A stretch of 64,000 bases of DNA, taken from the NCBI RefSeq assembly GCF_009914755.1, contig NC_060940.1, one strand, 5' to 3'. Shown here in pieces: positions 13,017 to 26,283 of the stretch; the first letter of the stretch is position 1, and every line of letters begins with the position of its first letter. Both the position numbers and the translations under genes were made by a program. The notes beneath the pieces are model-generated. The model had not been told where the DNA came from, searched no databases, and was given only the letters and a program-made list of their open reading frames with translations. The DNA comes from the human T2T-CHM13v2.0 reference genome, Homo sapiens.

Positions 13017-13884
13017 CTACCCCTTCGAGAAAAACCTTCAGCACAATGATTTGTCTCTTTCCATAGGAAAACTGCACCCTCTGGACAGTGAGTTTGGATC
13101 CCACACAACCTTTTCTGGGAGCCACAGGCAAAGACTTTTGCCCAGTGGTTTGCAGAACCAAGGGCGTGAAGGGCCAGTATCCTTGGAAACTTGGGGCTTA
13201 CGTTGGTGATTGGTATTCTGAGAAAGCCCCACCCTTCCTGTCTTAGAGCATTTGTTCAAAACATATTTTCTAACAACATACAGGATCAGCCTGAAATTTA
13301 CTCTGCCTGTAAATTCTGCCCCCTGAAACCACTTCTTAACTCACCCATGAACTCCCTCCGAACAGGATAGCAGCACACTCGATACCTGAATGAGTTTACT
13401 ATCAGTGCCGTCTGAGGCAAGGGGTGTTGGGAAGAAAAACAGAAATGAAATATCTGGGAAATCTGAGACATTGTTTTAAAACAACAGTGTTTTAGGGTGT
13501 TTGATTTACTATTCAACTGTGCACAGCTGCCGCTCGGAAAATAGGATGCGTGCCAAGCCAAGATAGCTGGTGGAGAGGGTCGGGGAGGGGGAAACAAAGG
13601 AACCCACAGCGTGTTTGCACACTTAACATGTTAACTTCACTCTAGAAAAATCAGCGCAGCTGACCATTGCTGGGAAGCCATAGGCTCATGTCTTTGGGTT
13701 GCTATTTATCTGCTGAACTGCTATTTCCCCGCTGTTGTTGTCTTCTTTGTCTTAATTAAAGAGATTTAGGGGACTGCCCTGCCCTCAAGGTGCACATTTT
13801 TAATCAGTGCTTTGACAACTACTGACTTCTGTTTTCTTCATTCTGGCATCAAAAACACCTATGTGTTGATTTGGGATTTCTCTT

Positions 13885-14772
13885 TAAATTGAACTAAAAT
13901 TAACGTAACATGAAAGTGACCCCTTTAAAGTGTACAATTCAGTGGAATTTTGAACAGTCACAATGTTGTGCCACCATCACCTCTATCTAGTTCCAAAATA
14001 TTTTCATCATCCCATAAGAAACTCCATACACTTTGGACATTAAGCAGTCACGCCTCATTGCCCCTTCTCAGTCCCTGACAACCACTGAACTGCTTTCTGT
14101 CTTTGTGGATTTACCTATTCTGACTATTTCTTAGAAATGGAATCTTACTCAGGATTTTTTTTTTTTTTTGGGTGCAGTTTTGCTCTTGTCGCCCAGGCTA
14201 GAGTACAATGGCACGATCTTGGCTCACTGCAACTTCCTTCTCCTGGGTTCAAGCAACCCTCTTGCCTCAACCTCCCGAGTAGCTGGGATTAGAGGTGCCC
14301 GCAACCACACCCAGCTAATTTTTGTATTTTTAGTAGAGACAAGGTTTCACCATGTTGGCCAGGCTGCTCTCAAACTCCTGCACTCAGGTGATCCACCTGC
14401 CTCAGCCTCCCAAAGTGCTGGGATGACAGGTGTGAGCCACCGTGCCCGGCCGTATGGGACCTTTCGTGCCTGGCTTCCTTCACTTAGCTTAATGTTTTTG
14501 AGGTTCATCTTCACGTTGTAGCACGTCAGTGTTTTGTTCCTTTTCATATTTGAATAATATTCCACTGTATGGATAGGCCACATTTTATTTATCTGCTCAT
14601 AGTTGATGATCATTTGGGCTGATTCCACTTTTTAGCTATTGCGAATAGTGGTATCATGTATATTTGTGTACGAGTATTTGTTTGGAGACCAGTTTTCCGT
14701 TCTTTTGCATATATACCTAGAAGAGGAATTGCTGGGTCCTATGGTAATTCTGTTTAACTTTTTGAGGAATTG
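13885..14772 (-). mobile_element. L1MB-type 3' end, interrupted by an Alu
   Basis: aagtgtacaattcagtgg...caaccactgaactgctttctgtc...atacctagaagaggaattgctgggtc. Confidence 0.9.
14155..14451 (-). mobile_element. AluSq-like
   Basis: Full dimer, gctcttgtcgccc diagnostic, poly(T); no clear TSD. Confidence 0.95.
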
Positions 14773-14912
14773 GCTAGCATTGGTGTCCAATCAGCTAACA
14801 TGTCCTTCACCCAAGACAAGGCCAGAGTTAAACCTGGGGGCACCAGAGTGAGACAATGCTGGCTCTGTGCCCAGGAGTAAGAACTGAAGGGACTCAGAGA
14901 CCTCCATAGAGC

Positions 14913-15030
14913 TCCTACTTTTTCAAAATGAAGAAACAGGGATTCAGAGAGGGTTAGCCACTTGCCTAAGGATACAGAGCTCAGAAGAAAGAAGTAATAA
15001 AACTTATGAGGTCTAAAAACCCATCTGCCT
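14913..15030 (-). mobile_element. MIR SINE
   Basis: aaatgaagaaacagggattcagagagggttagccacttgcctaagg. Confidence 0.7.
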
Positions 15031-15464
15031 CTTTGAACGTGTGCAATTGAAGACATTTTACCAAATTCAAAAGCCTGTTGGTTACCTGCCTAAGAAAGCA
15101 AAACCTTTCAAAAAGAAGTGCCCCCAGCTCAAGGAGAAAAATCCCTTCTCTTTTTGGCGGAGCTTATTTGACCCAAGATTGACCACAGGCAAGGTGAGAT
15201 TTCCTGCAGCCTAGACACAGGAAACAGAGATTGGCTTTCTCTGAAAGACCATTATGTGACCTGTGTTATTGGGAATGAACCTTTCTCTTAACAGTTACAA
15301 ATTCATTGCCTCTGTCCATTCTCCTGGCCTACTGCTTTCCCCTAGGGGGAAAGTAGCTACTTTTTCTTTCCATAAGATGTTCTCCATTTTAGAGAAAAAG
15401 TTGGAGCACGAGAAGAAGCCGGCCATCTCTAAGCATTCACCATGCCTGATATAAATTCTTATGA

Positions 15465-15625
15465 CTATTCACCCAGCAACTCTGTGAGTTCAGTAGTGGT
15501 GTTATTTTCATTCTGATGAGGGGCCTGACATTTAGAGAGAGCAAGAAACTTGCAGAAAAGTTTTCAGCGCATGGGTGGAAGAGTCTAGGCTCAAACTGAG
15601 AATTTGCTGAATCTAAAATCTGTGG
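15465..15625 (-). mobile_element. MIR SINE, degenerate
   Basis: cagcaactctgtgag...tgatgaggggcctgacatttagagag. Confidence 0.55.
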
Positions 15626-16576
15626 AATGCAGGCATTCCGTGAGGCCAATAATTTATCAATCACTACCTATTATTGAATGTCTTAGCACCTTAAGCTATG
15701 TGGTCTCCCAGGTGGTCTCATTTCTTTATAAAATGTATGCTTATAGAAAAGGACCTTGAGGATCAGTTAGGTCACACAGCCAATGAAGCTGAAGACATTT
15801 ATTGTAGGGCCACCCAATTTCAACGACTGTTGAGTTGACCATATTATACACTATCGTTTTGTCCAGTATGGTACTGGGCTCATCCCAGGATCAGGACCAG
15901 GAGAAATGGCCTCCAAGGAATCCTGCTGGTTGTATCATAAATGTCTGACAATTTCATCTTACTGTGACTCTAGTCACTCATTGGTTGTATAGTTAGCAGA
16001 TTCTCACATTAGGATGGAGGTCTTGGAGGGATATGATTTTCTGAATAGTTTATGGTTAGTGATTTTTCCTAAGATGAATTAAAAAGATAAATCTTTTGAT
16101 AGGATGGCAGTTTGTCTCAGGAAGAGCCAACGTACAGTATCTCTCTGTTACACCATGTGGGCAACAGGTATGTTTGCAAACATATATGTTGTCAAGCAGG
16201 TAGGTGCAAGTTTGTGCAAGTGGACTCATTTGAGTGTTTGCCCAAGTATGTTTGTGAGTACGTGTGTAGGGGGTGGGACTGTTAGGGGAAGAGAGAGTAA
16301 AAGATAGATATCGGAAGCAGGTTCACTACTACAACTAATTCCTGCAGTCTTGGATTAGAAGAATCATCTCTGGGGTCTTTTGGGGGTGGGGTGAGCCTTT
16401 GTGTGTCCACAGAGACCTTAAGACTGGATGTAAACAACAATTGCCTTGTGCCTGTGGCTTGGTTCCCTGGAAAGGGTCTCCATCTGGCCTCAGTTACTCC
16501 ATGACTTGATTGCCACTTGCAACTTCAGCCCCCTTGTGGGTTTGGAATTTGGCTGTGACCTTTCCAGCAACCCCAG

Positions 16577-16750
16577 AGCACTGGACCCCCAAACTCTGGA
16601 GTTTCCCTGGGAGCACCTTGACAAGCATGTGGAGTCTCTGTCTCCACTTCGAGAATAGGACTGAAATGATTTGGAATTGCATTTCAGCAAGCTCACTAGG
16701 TGGTTTGGATGTAGATGATGTGAACGGCACTTGGAGAATCTCTGGCTTAG
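16577..16750. mobile_element. MER5-type DNA transposon
   Basis: ggaattgcatttcagcaagctcactaggtg...cacttggagaatctctgg. Confidence 0.55.
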
Positions 16751-17882
16751 AGAGTGTGCAGGGATTGACTGACATATGTCCTTTCTGAGCATCTATCTTC
16801 AAGAAGGCACCTCCAACATGTTCTACGATGGTCAGTGGGGAAGCACGCGGCCCGGAACCGGCAGTGACCTGGCTGAGTCTGAGAGTCATTCAGCGTGAAA
16901 ATTGGATTCTATTTCTTCATTTTGCTGAGCAACTCTAGACACATTCTCAAAGTATCAACCCATTTTGTGATAAACCCTCACCTTTTAGTAAAGAGAGATC
17001 AAATGGTTTGATTGCATGTCTCTTCTGTGAAACCAATGAAATAACAAAAACCAACAAAACATGTATTATAGATGACACTCAGCAAATCCCTTTTGTTCCG
17101 AAGACCATAGAATCCACTGAATTCAAGAACGCTTTCAGAGTTAAAATTCCATCTTGCCAAATGCAGACTATGCTCTTTTGCAGCAAGGGTTTGTAAACAA
17201 CAATGATGATCTCCTTGTCCATAAGACATGACCTTTTCAACTTCTCATGTAGAATTTACCCTGGCTGGAGAGGGTTTTTGTTGTTGCTTTGTGTTTTTTG
17301 TTTCTTAGTTTGTTTTTGCTTCTTTTAACTTCTCTAAATAGGTGAAGGTAGGCTGGCTTACCAAAACCACTTGGCAATCCATGCCTTCATCCTCATGAAG
17401 CAAATCCTGATTTCATATGACATTGGAATGCAGCCCACAGCCCCTAAAAAAGGTGTGTGTGGGAGGGGGATGGGGGGGAAGACTTATTTGACAATGTTAC
17501 GAGGATTCAAGCTGGAGGCAAACATTTGACACTCCAGCCATGGAATGCTGTAAAAATTTAATTAGGTGGATCCATTAGTCATGCCCACATGGAGGTTTCA
17601 TACGGGACTTAGAAAAAATGTAGGCTACTAAAGGAAAGTTTCAGACCTTCCTGTAAATGCCATTTTCCTCATTATTGGGAAATGAGGTCTCAGTGGGACC
17701 ACTGAACCAGCCTTTGTATTTACAAAATATGGTTAGGACGAGATTAACATCATGCACTGAAGGAGTTTTTTGAATCCAAGTAAGAGACTACTTTTTATAA
17801 GGGAGTTGGCCCAGCCGGGCTGCCTCTGAGTCAATTGGGCTGAGAAATAATTTGGATGCCCACTGCCTGAGTCAAATTTTCA

Positions 17883-18201
17883 GGTTTAAACATACCTGAA
17901 ATGATGCTGCTTAGTAGACTGCAGTGTCGGATAAGCGTGCATCTGCTCTCAAGTTGAAAATACACAGGTAGGTCCTCTAGTTCTAAAACAGGGTATGGGG
18001 AAGGGGTTGAATTTCAGAAAGCCAACTGTGAGGTTTCAGGGCCTGTGATACTTACAGCTTGATTTACAAGCAGGCATTTTCCATTTACAAGCACTGTTAT
18101 TTTGATTTTCAGTCTCTGCTTGCTCAGTGTGGTTGGAAGGAGGTGGACCAGTAAGATGTTTAATACAATTAATCATGTGGTGATATCTGGAATACACTGA
18201 A
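17883..18201 (+). repeat. Local duplication, copy B (319 bp)
   Basis: Constant offset of 6698 from copy A, about 93% identity. Confidence 0.97.
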
Positions 18202-18409
18202 AATTAATTCAAGACTTATAGCTCTTAATGAGGTTGAATCACGTGAAGTCGCCCACACTGACCATGGACAATGTTTCTTTAGAAACATTCCGTGTGATTC
18301 AATCTAATATGGTGCTCAATATTCAACTGAAAATGAAAGAGTTTCACATAATATTATTATTGTAGGGCCACTGTTCCCTAGAGATTGGCTGTGGACTGTG
18401 TTTTCATCT

Positions 18410-18795
18410 GTATGCATTCATTCATTTATTCATGTTATTATTTCAGTAAACATGTATTTCTTAACACTCCGGATTGAAACATAAAATTTAATAAGACACA
18501 GTCCTTCCCCTAGAGGAGCCCAGACTCTAATGGGGAATATGGACTTATAAACAAGTAACCAGAGTACAATGTAATAATAATTACAATGTTACTATTTATT
18601 GAGCAACATAACTTTGTGCCCCATGTAATTTACATACATTAGTTCATATCTTTTCAAAAAGCAACCCAAGACAAGATTTTTATTTTCTTTATGGGTGAAG
18701 AAACTGAGACCCAGACAAGTTTAAGAACTTTCTAGATACATGGTTAAAGAAGGGCAGAGCTGAGATTTTAGTCCACGATGGTCTAACTCCATTAA
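18410..18795 (-). mobile_element. L2 3' end followed by MIR
   Basis: ataagacacagtccttcccctagaggagccc (L2); tatttattgagca...gaagaaactgagacccaga (MIR). Confidence 0.7.
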
Positions 18796-18986
18796 GCTAT
18801 GTTGCCCCACAGCCTCAGGTCCGTGCAGAGAGGAGGTGAAATGCCAAACAAATCAGTAAGTGGAGATCTTTGAGGGGAAGAGTCAACAAAGTTTGAAGGC
18901 TCCAGAGGGATGAATGGGAGCCCACAAATTAAGCGTGTAAACTGAAGTATTGCAGAGAAACTCTGCCAGATTAAAACTGATATTTC

Positions 18987-19271
18987 TTTTTCTTTTTTTT
19001 TTTTGAGACAGAGTTTCGCTCTTGTCGCCCAGGCTAGAGTACAATGGCGTAATCTGGGCTCCCTGCAACCTCCGCCTCCCAGGTTCAAGCGATTCTCCTG
19101 CCTCAGCCTCCTGAGTAGCTGGAATTACAAGCATGCGCTGCCACACCAGCTAATTTTTGTGGGGTTTTGCCATGTTGCCCAGGCTGGTCTCGAACTCCTG
19201 ACCTCAGGTGATCCACCTGCCTCGGCCTCCCAAAGTGCTAGGATTACAGGTGTGAGCCACCGCACCCAGCC
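18987..19271 (-). mobile_element. AluSq-like with small central deletion
   Basis: gagtttcgctcttgtcgccc; degenerate TSD gattaaaactgatatttc / gattgtaactaatatttc. Confidence 0.95.
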
Positions 19272-20109
19272 TGATTGTAACTAATATTTCTTGGTCACTG
19301 CTATTTGTAAAGCAATCTTAGTTTGAGAGAAGGTATCATATTTTATATAACAAAAGATGCCTTGCCCCTAAAGATCCTTTCAATTTTTGGAATCCTCTGT
19401 TTTTCTCCAAATTTGTTACACACATAAGGATTTCAAGCATCAGCCCACGACCCTGTCTAGATTATTAGATGAATTAAAGAATCACTTAGGTATCTGTGAG
19501 CAGAGAAAGTGCATAGCTGTGAGGAACCTGAACTCAGTGGGAGGAAATTAGTGGGTAAATGAGTATGGGTACAAAGAATGCCTGTGAGCAAGGGGTGCAG
19601 GTATTCAGATGAAATGCACCATCCTGTTTGTGTTTTGGGTGTTCTGGGATCTGAAAAAGTCAGACTTTGAGTCTTGTCAGACTTTTCACATCTTTGATCC
19701 TAGAGATCTTTCGTGCAAAATCAGTCACCATCTTGGTTGAAAGCTCACTGTTTGGGGGAAGGAAGGGAAAGAATATATTGCAGCCCAGTTGGTCCAAGTT
19801 TCACTCTTCTATATTTTCTGAGAATTTTGTAAAGTTAAACATAGTTTTCAGACTCCAGGGGCTAATTCTGATCTCAGTCTGTCACCTACATTCAGCCACA
19901 TGGGACAAGGCTTCTTCAAGTAGATTTGCCAAAGCAAAAGAAGACTCCCATTGTGACCTTAATACTTAAGATTGCGGCCTTAAATTGAGTTCCTCATCTA
20001 CGAAATTCCAAGCAGTGCCTTCGCAGTAAAGATAAAACTGGATCTCCTCAAAGGGTAATTGTCATAATCCAGGACAAAATGTCCCATTGTCCTCTGTCAT
20101 TAATGCCCA

Positions 20110-20635
20110 TCTCTAGTGAATGAGTATTCATTCCCCCTTCCCTTCCTTCTAGGAAACCCATCCCTCTTACCCCATTCTTGAGGTTTGCTTGAGTCTGACC
20201 TTCTAGAATCCTGGCTCCAGAGGTGACTCAACCCTGACCAAGTACATAGTCCACAATGCTTGGATTCAGGGATAATCAGTGCACTGCCAATTCAAGCCAA
20301 TGAGCCTCAAATCTGGGACTCTTTGGAACTATGTGAAAAAAGAAGCTTATTCTACAGGGAATGCTCACTGTACATAAGATTTATGGCTGGAGTTTCCAGT
20401 GGCCATACTTCTATGTCAGGGGGATCCACCGAATGAAGGCAAACACAGAATTAAGAGAATTTTGGAGCCATAGAAGACCCTGGTAACTCAATTGATATGT
20501 CTGGATACAGCCAAGCCAAGACAGAAGCCAGTGTTGCTGCTGGACTTTTCAAATTGAGAACCAATGAATTATTTTGTTATGTTCTTAAGCCAAGTTGGAT
20601 AGAGCCTCCTGTCACTTACAGCAAAGAATTCGGAT
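20110..20635 (+). mobile_element. Old ERVL LTR (LTR16/LTR33-like)
   Basis: gccaatgagcctcaaatctgggactc, ctggacttttca...ccaatgaatt...cttaagccaagttgga...ctgtcacttacagc. Confidence 0.65.
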
Positions 20636-20849
20636 ACCATCTCTATTTAGGGTGTCCCAGGTTTTCTCTAGATACCTTAAAACGTGTTATAAAATTCTCA
20701 AAATATACATAAAACCTATAGAGAATTCATTTTAAAATAGGAATATATAAAGGGAATACCAATGTCATTAAATCCCAAAGTCAGTAACAGAACAGAGCAA
20801 CTGATTAGAATGAGGAATCGTTTGTTTCATGCTGGCTGATTCACTAACG

Positions 20850-21177
20850 CTTCGCTGTCTAATACTGGAGCTCCAAGCCACCTGTGGCCACTGCCCACGG
20901 AGTGCAGGAACAGTGGTGGCTGGTCTGGATGCAGGTGTGCTAAAGATGTAAAGCACACATTAGGTTAGAACTGACTACAAAAAGAAAATGAATGTAAACT
21001 CTCTCATTAATAATTTTAATACCGATCACATGTCAAAGAGACAACATTTTGGAAGGATTAGGTTAAATAACAGATATTATTAAAATTAATTTCACCTGTT
21101 TCTTTTTACGTTTTGTAATATGGCTGCTACACAATTGTTATGTATGCCTCATGTTATTTTTCTATTGAATAGTGCTG
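20850..21177. mobile_element. MER33 (hAT-Charlie)
   Basis: atattattaaaattaatttcacctgtttctttttac; termini cgctgtctaata / tattgaatagtgctg. Confidence 0.85.
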
Positions 21178-21289
21178 CATAAAAGCTGCAATTGTTACAA
21201 GATTCCACTGCATGTTGAGCTCAAACCTTTATTCCTGTCGCTCCTACCCTCGCTGGCTGTCCCTATCTTGAGTTACTATGGTCAAACTT

Positions 21290-22050
21290 GGAGAATAAAA
21301 ATGGAATCAAATCCATTTTTCACGGTACAGTCCCTCAGCTATTTAAAGGCAGCTCCCACATTCTTCTCATAACTTCTTTTTTTCTAGGCCAAATGCCCCA
21401 CATTTTCTTACTCTTCTCTGGACATCTTTTGGTTTACCAAAGATCCCTTAAAACGTGATGCTTAGCATTCTTCCTGGCATACCAGTGTGGTCTCTTGGTA
21501 TTGAGGTTCTCACCTTCTTGGACTAGACACCCTATCTCTATTTATGTGACCTTGTTGCCATTAACATCTTTGAAAACTAAAGCTGATACCAGTGGTTTTC
21601 AAAAGTTGATGCCCAAACTAGCAGCATCAACATCACCTGAGAAGTTGTTAGAAATGTAAATTCTCTGGCTCCTCCCAAGACCTCCGGAATCACAAACACT
21701 GGGGTTGGTATCCAGCCATCTGTGCTTTAAGAAGCCCTCCAGAGGTTTCTCATGCATGAATGAGTATGAGATCCACTGATTTCCACTGAAAGCCTTTTAA
21801 AAGTCCTCTGACTTTCAGCCAAGGGTTCCTTTCTTTAATGGCTGGATTTGGGGGAGCACATAGTGTAGAAGTTTGCATTTGATCTTGTTAGTGCATTATA
21901 ACTTTGGCCCATGGTTCTAGCTTGTATGAACCTCCTGAAATACATTTCTCTCTGTGTTGCACCAAATGCTCATTGAATAATGCTGCCTTTGGTCTTTATC
22001 TACAGCATGGATACATATGTTAAACAACACAGACCCCAAATCAGAATCAC
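21290..22050 (-). mobile_element. L3/CR1 fragments flanking MER5A
   Basis: ccctcagctatttaaaggcagct, ctaggccaaatgcccc, cttcttggactagacacc, tgttaaacaacacagacc. Confidence 0.5.
21590..21778. mobile_element. MER5A
   Basis: cagtggttttcaaa...gcagcatcaacatcacctgagaagttgttagaaatg...gagatccactg. Confidence 0.9.
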
Positions 22051-22273
22051 ACTTCCCCCCTTGCCTTGGGTCTCATTGTTTCCTCTGCCTCTGATATGAT
22101 TCCAAGACGCATCTCTCCCACCTTCCAAACTACTTCTTCTGCCTAGTTCTGCTAGGGCTGGTATTTCCATTTAGAGATCACTTCTATGAAAAAAACTGGG
22201 TTTGGGGCTGGTCCTCCAAGTTCCCTGTGCAGACAACTGTCCGTGTTTGATTAGTGACTCTCCTCCTCTCCAG

Positions 22274-22487
22274 CAGTGGTTCTCAATTGGGGTGATTTTG
22301 CCCCCTAGGGGCATTTGACAAATTTCTGGACACATTTTTGGTTGTCACCTCTTGGGGTACACTACTGGCATCTAGTAGCTAGAGACCAGGGATGCTGATA
22401 AACACCCCTTCAATGCTCAGAACAGGGTCCTCCAACAAAGAATGATCCAACCTAGAATGTCACCAGTGCTGAGGTTGATACACCCTG
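22274..22487 (+). mobile_element. MER20, full length
   Basis: cagtggttctcaattggggtgattttgccccc...gtgctgaggttgatacaccctg. Confidence 0.92.
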
Positions 22488-22881
22488 TCCTGAATTGTAA
22501 GTTCTGTCTCTTTCCATCACTGATTTTATTCCCAGTTCCAACAGAGTGCATGGCCCAAAGGAGGCGCTGAATAAATTTATTTTTTTAATGACTAGGTGAC
22601 ATCTCTCTTCCTGGGAGGAAGCATAAGAAAAACTAATCAAGATTACCTGCAGATTTATACTTTTCTGTTTAGGAAATACCTTGTCTGGGGGCTGATATGA
22701 CGAGGGACCTGTGGAAACAGTTTTTACTGAACTGATAAGCTAGCTTTATAATTAGCATACTCATTGCCAGTTAATACATGTGCTTCTAAAGCACTGGCCA
22801 CTAAAACATTTTTGCATCTCTAAGTCGCTGAGTGGGGCTCACCTTTTGCTATCTTATCTTCCTACTTATTTGCTGCGTTAA

Positions 22882-23176
22882 TTTTTTTCTTTTTTTGAGA
22901 CTGAGTCTTGTTCTGTCACCCAGGCTGGAGTTCAGTGGCGTGACCTTGGTGCACCGCAACCTCCACCTCCCAGGTTCAAGCGATTCTCCTGTCTCAGCCT
23001 CCCGAGTAGCTAGGATTACAAGCACCTGCCACTGCACCCGGTTAATTTTTGTATTTTTAGCAGAGACAGGGTTTCACCATGTTAGCCAGGCTGGTGTTGA
23101 ATTCCGGACCTCAAGTGATCCGCCTGCCTCAGGCTCCCAAAGTGCTGGGATAACAGACGTGATAACGGTGCCAGTC
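22882..23176 (-). mobile_element. AluS (Sz/Sx)
   Basis: Full dimer, gacctcaagtgatccgcc. Confidence 0.95.
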
Positions 23177-24331
23177 ATTAATATGATTTTTATTAGTTAT
23201 GTGAACTTGAACCACTTGAGTTCTCCAGGTTCAGATTCCTCAAAGTGGCTTAAAGATTCCTGCACTTTCTGGAGACCTGTGACGGAGATGATGAGGATGG
23301 AGTCAGATAATATTTGTAAGTTACTGAGAGCATTGCTTCGGCCTGTCTCTGTAGTCATCATTTTCTTATTTACTCTTTACAACCATCCTGTGAGGTCAGT
23401 AGCAAGTATAATCTTAATATAATAGACTATGAGTTTGAAGCTGTTAGGATAACTAGTTGGATTTGTATCCAGTTTTTCATTGATGAGTTACGTTAACCTG
23501 TGTCAATAACTGATTTTTACTGCTCTGAAGAAAAATTTCTCTTGTGGATAAAGCTTTTCTGGAAGCTTCTAAAATATTGCAAAGGCTGTTTTGCACCCAA
23601 CATTAGTTTCTACATTTTTGCATTCTAATTTGGCCATGACTCAAGATTTCCAGATGGGCAGGGTTATGGAGGGGAATCACATTCACTTTTAAACTGATCA
23701 TGTTTGAACCCTTGAAGAAAGTCATCACGCATGGACACAGGAATCCTGCATGAGGGGTGAGGCTGGAAGACTCGCACTTGGACCCTTCTCCATGTTGAGT
23801 TTTTAAGCTCACTGTGTAGCACCCACATCGGCCTGGAGCCAGATGGAGGCTGCCCTGCTGCTCTTTGGGGAGAAGGGCCTGGCTCAGTGTCTCCCAGAGT
23901 GAGGCAAGGCCTGGGAGCCAATGAGTCATTCTCTCTTGGCACGGACTCTCCAGGCTCTTGGGGGAAACAAACAGACTTTGTTGAGAAGGAGCTCTCCTGC
24001 CTATGAATGGCCGCTAGTCAACTCTTCAGAGGAGCCCTGTAACCTGTGCCTGCCCGGTCTTCACCCCTCTTGGCCTGGAGAAACCACAATTACTCGGGGG
24101 CGGGGGTGGATTTTGGAGCTCAGACCTTTGTTGTCAACATGGAACAAAGATGTCAGACCCTGGCTGGAGAGAAATTTCTTGGGGGCCCATCTGGGGTGTG
24201 AGCTTCTGACTCTTGCTTCATCTGTCTCACCAATGCTTGGGCAAAAAAGAGTCCGTCTTGACACCCAATTCCTGAGTTCTCTCTTCATTTAATTCTGCAT
24301 TTAGCAGCCAGCTATCTCAGGTATCTTGGTC

Positions 24332-24709
<378 letters not shown>

Positions 24710-25619
24710 TGAGGAACTTCTCTGGTGAACACGCAGTTTTATAATGTGATGTTTTAGAGAATATTTTATTTTCTTGGCAGCTGTTATGAGAATTTCTTAA
24801 GGGCAGACACCCACTTTTGGGAGAGGAGAATATTTAAAAACGTCTCTTTGGGAATGGGTGATGGGAGCCAATCTTCCTGGACCTGAATGTGAGAAAGTCC
24901 ATGGAGAGGGGGACAGAACTAGGAGTTACTCTAGAGAGGGAAGGAAGAAGAAGATGGGAGGTGAGTGCAGGACTGAAGCTGGTGGGACACAGGAAGACCA
25001 GCCCCAGGCCCCTGTGATGTACCCCTTCCTGTGATCACAAACCTTTCAGTAAAGTCACTGAACTCAAAGTGTTTCAGACAAGTCGGTTTATTTTTGAAAT
25101 TCTTTTAAGTAATGGGTTTTTGTTCAGCTTGATGGGGGTGGAATTTGAAGCCACATGCAGGTGCATTCAGAGCTCCAAAGCTAAGAGACATGTGAGGAAT
25201 AGATGGAGGAATTCACAGCAATTCTGGGGACAGCTCGGGATTCTTGCAAGTCTGTGGAATTAGGTTTTGGACTAATTTTAACCAAATCTCCCAGGAGTGG
25301 GGGCCATGGAGAACATCTGAGTTACTTTATTAACATCCCTCTGACAGCTCGCTGCACTGACGTTGCCATTTTTCTCCTTCTCTAGCAAGGAGTAGGGGCT
25401 TGGTCTGCATCTGTTGAGGCTTGCTCTGACTGAGGGTATGAAATGGTCTCCAAGGAGGAGACTGTGCAACCAATATGAGGCGTAACCTTGTTTATTAGCG
25501 CCTTGGAGCAGGACAATGAACTGGGACAACATGGTAGGCGCATGGTGAGTCTTCCACTCATTAACCCAGATGGAGGTCACAGCTCCATCTTGGCTGCTGC
25601 CAGGAAACAATAACTTGTC

Positions 25620-25680
25620 AAAACTTCAGGTGATATAATAAAAAAAAAAAAAGGAAGAAAAAAAAAAAAACTTCAGGTGA
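25620..25680 (+). mobile_element. Minimal L1-type insertion (TATAAT plus A tail) with perfect 14-bp TSD
   Basis: aaaacttcaggtga at 25620-25633 and 25667-25680 flank tataat plus an A-rich tail. Confidence 0.85.
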
Positions 25681-26283
25681 AAGCACCAGGTTCTGGCTCA
25701 TTGGAACCCAATTCCTAGATAAGCACAGGCAGAAGAGGAAGCTGTGCTTGAATAGCCCCAGATAGGCCAAGCAGATGTTGCAGGGGACTCCTTCCTGCAG
25801 AGCTGCAGAGCTGGCTGGGCTCAGCACCCAAACAGGGCCCCTGGGAGAGTGGCTGATGAGGGCCTCACAGTGCTAGGAGCTGCCAAGTGCTTAGCTCTGC
25901 CCCCCTACCCCAGAGATGGCTTGGCCTCCCGCCAGCTGAGTTTGGAAGGGAGGGATAAGGATAGGCAGTGAGTCTCACATGGGGAACTCTTGCAAAAGAC
26001 GCAGCAATGGTTTTGGATAACATCCCATTGTCACAGGCTGCAAAGACTCCAGTGGGGCTGGGTTGTAGGGAGAGATAGAAGCCGGGTGCAAGGAGCGGCT
26101 AAGGCACTCCTTTTCTGCACCACCCTTACTCACGGGGAGGGACGTAGATATGAACTGTGTAATCCAGAACAGGTCTCTGAGCTGCCCTGCCTGCTGTGGC
26201 TGGGAGAATAATCACAGCCTCCCTCAGGCCAAACAAGGGCCTGCCTGGAACCCAGACACATTCCAGAAAGAAATGAGGAGTCT

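Noticed and set aside
22832-23422. Longest ORF (196 aa)
   Set aside because: Translation of an antisense Alu plus MIR; a typical Alu-derived spurious ORF, as are 14168-14521, 19003-19284 and 55256-55546
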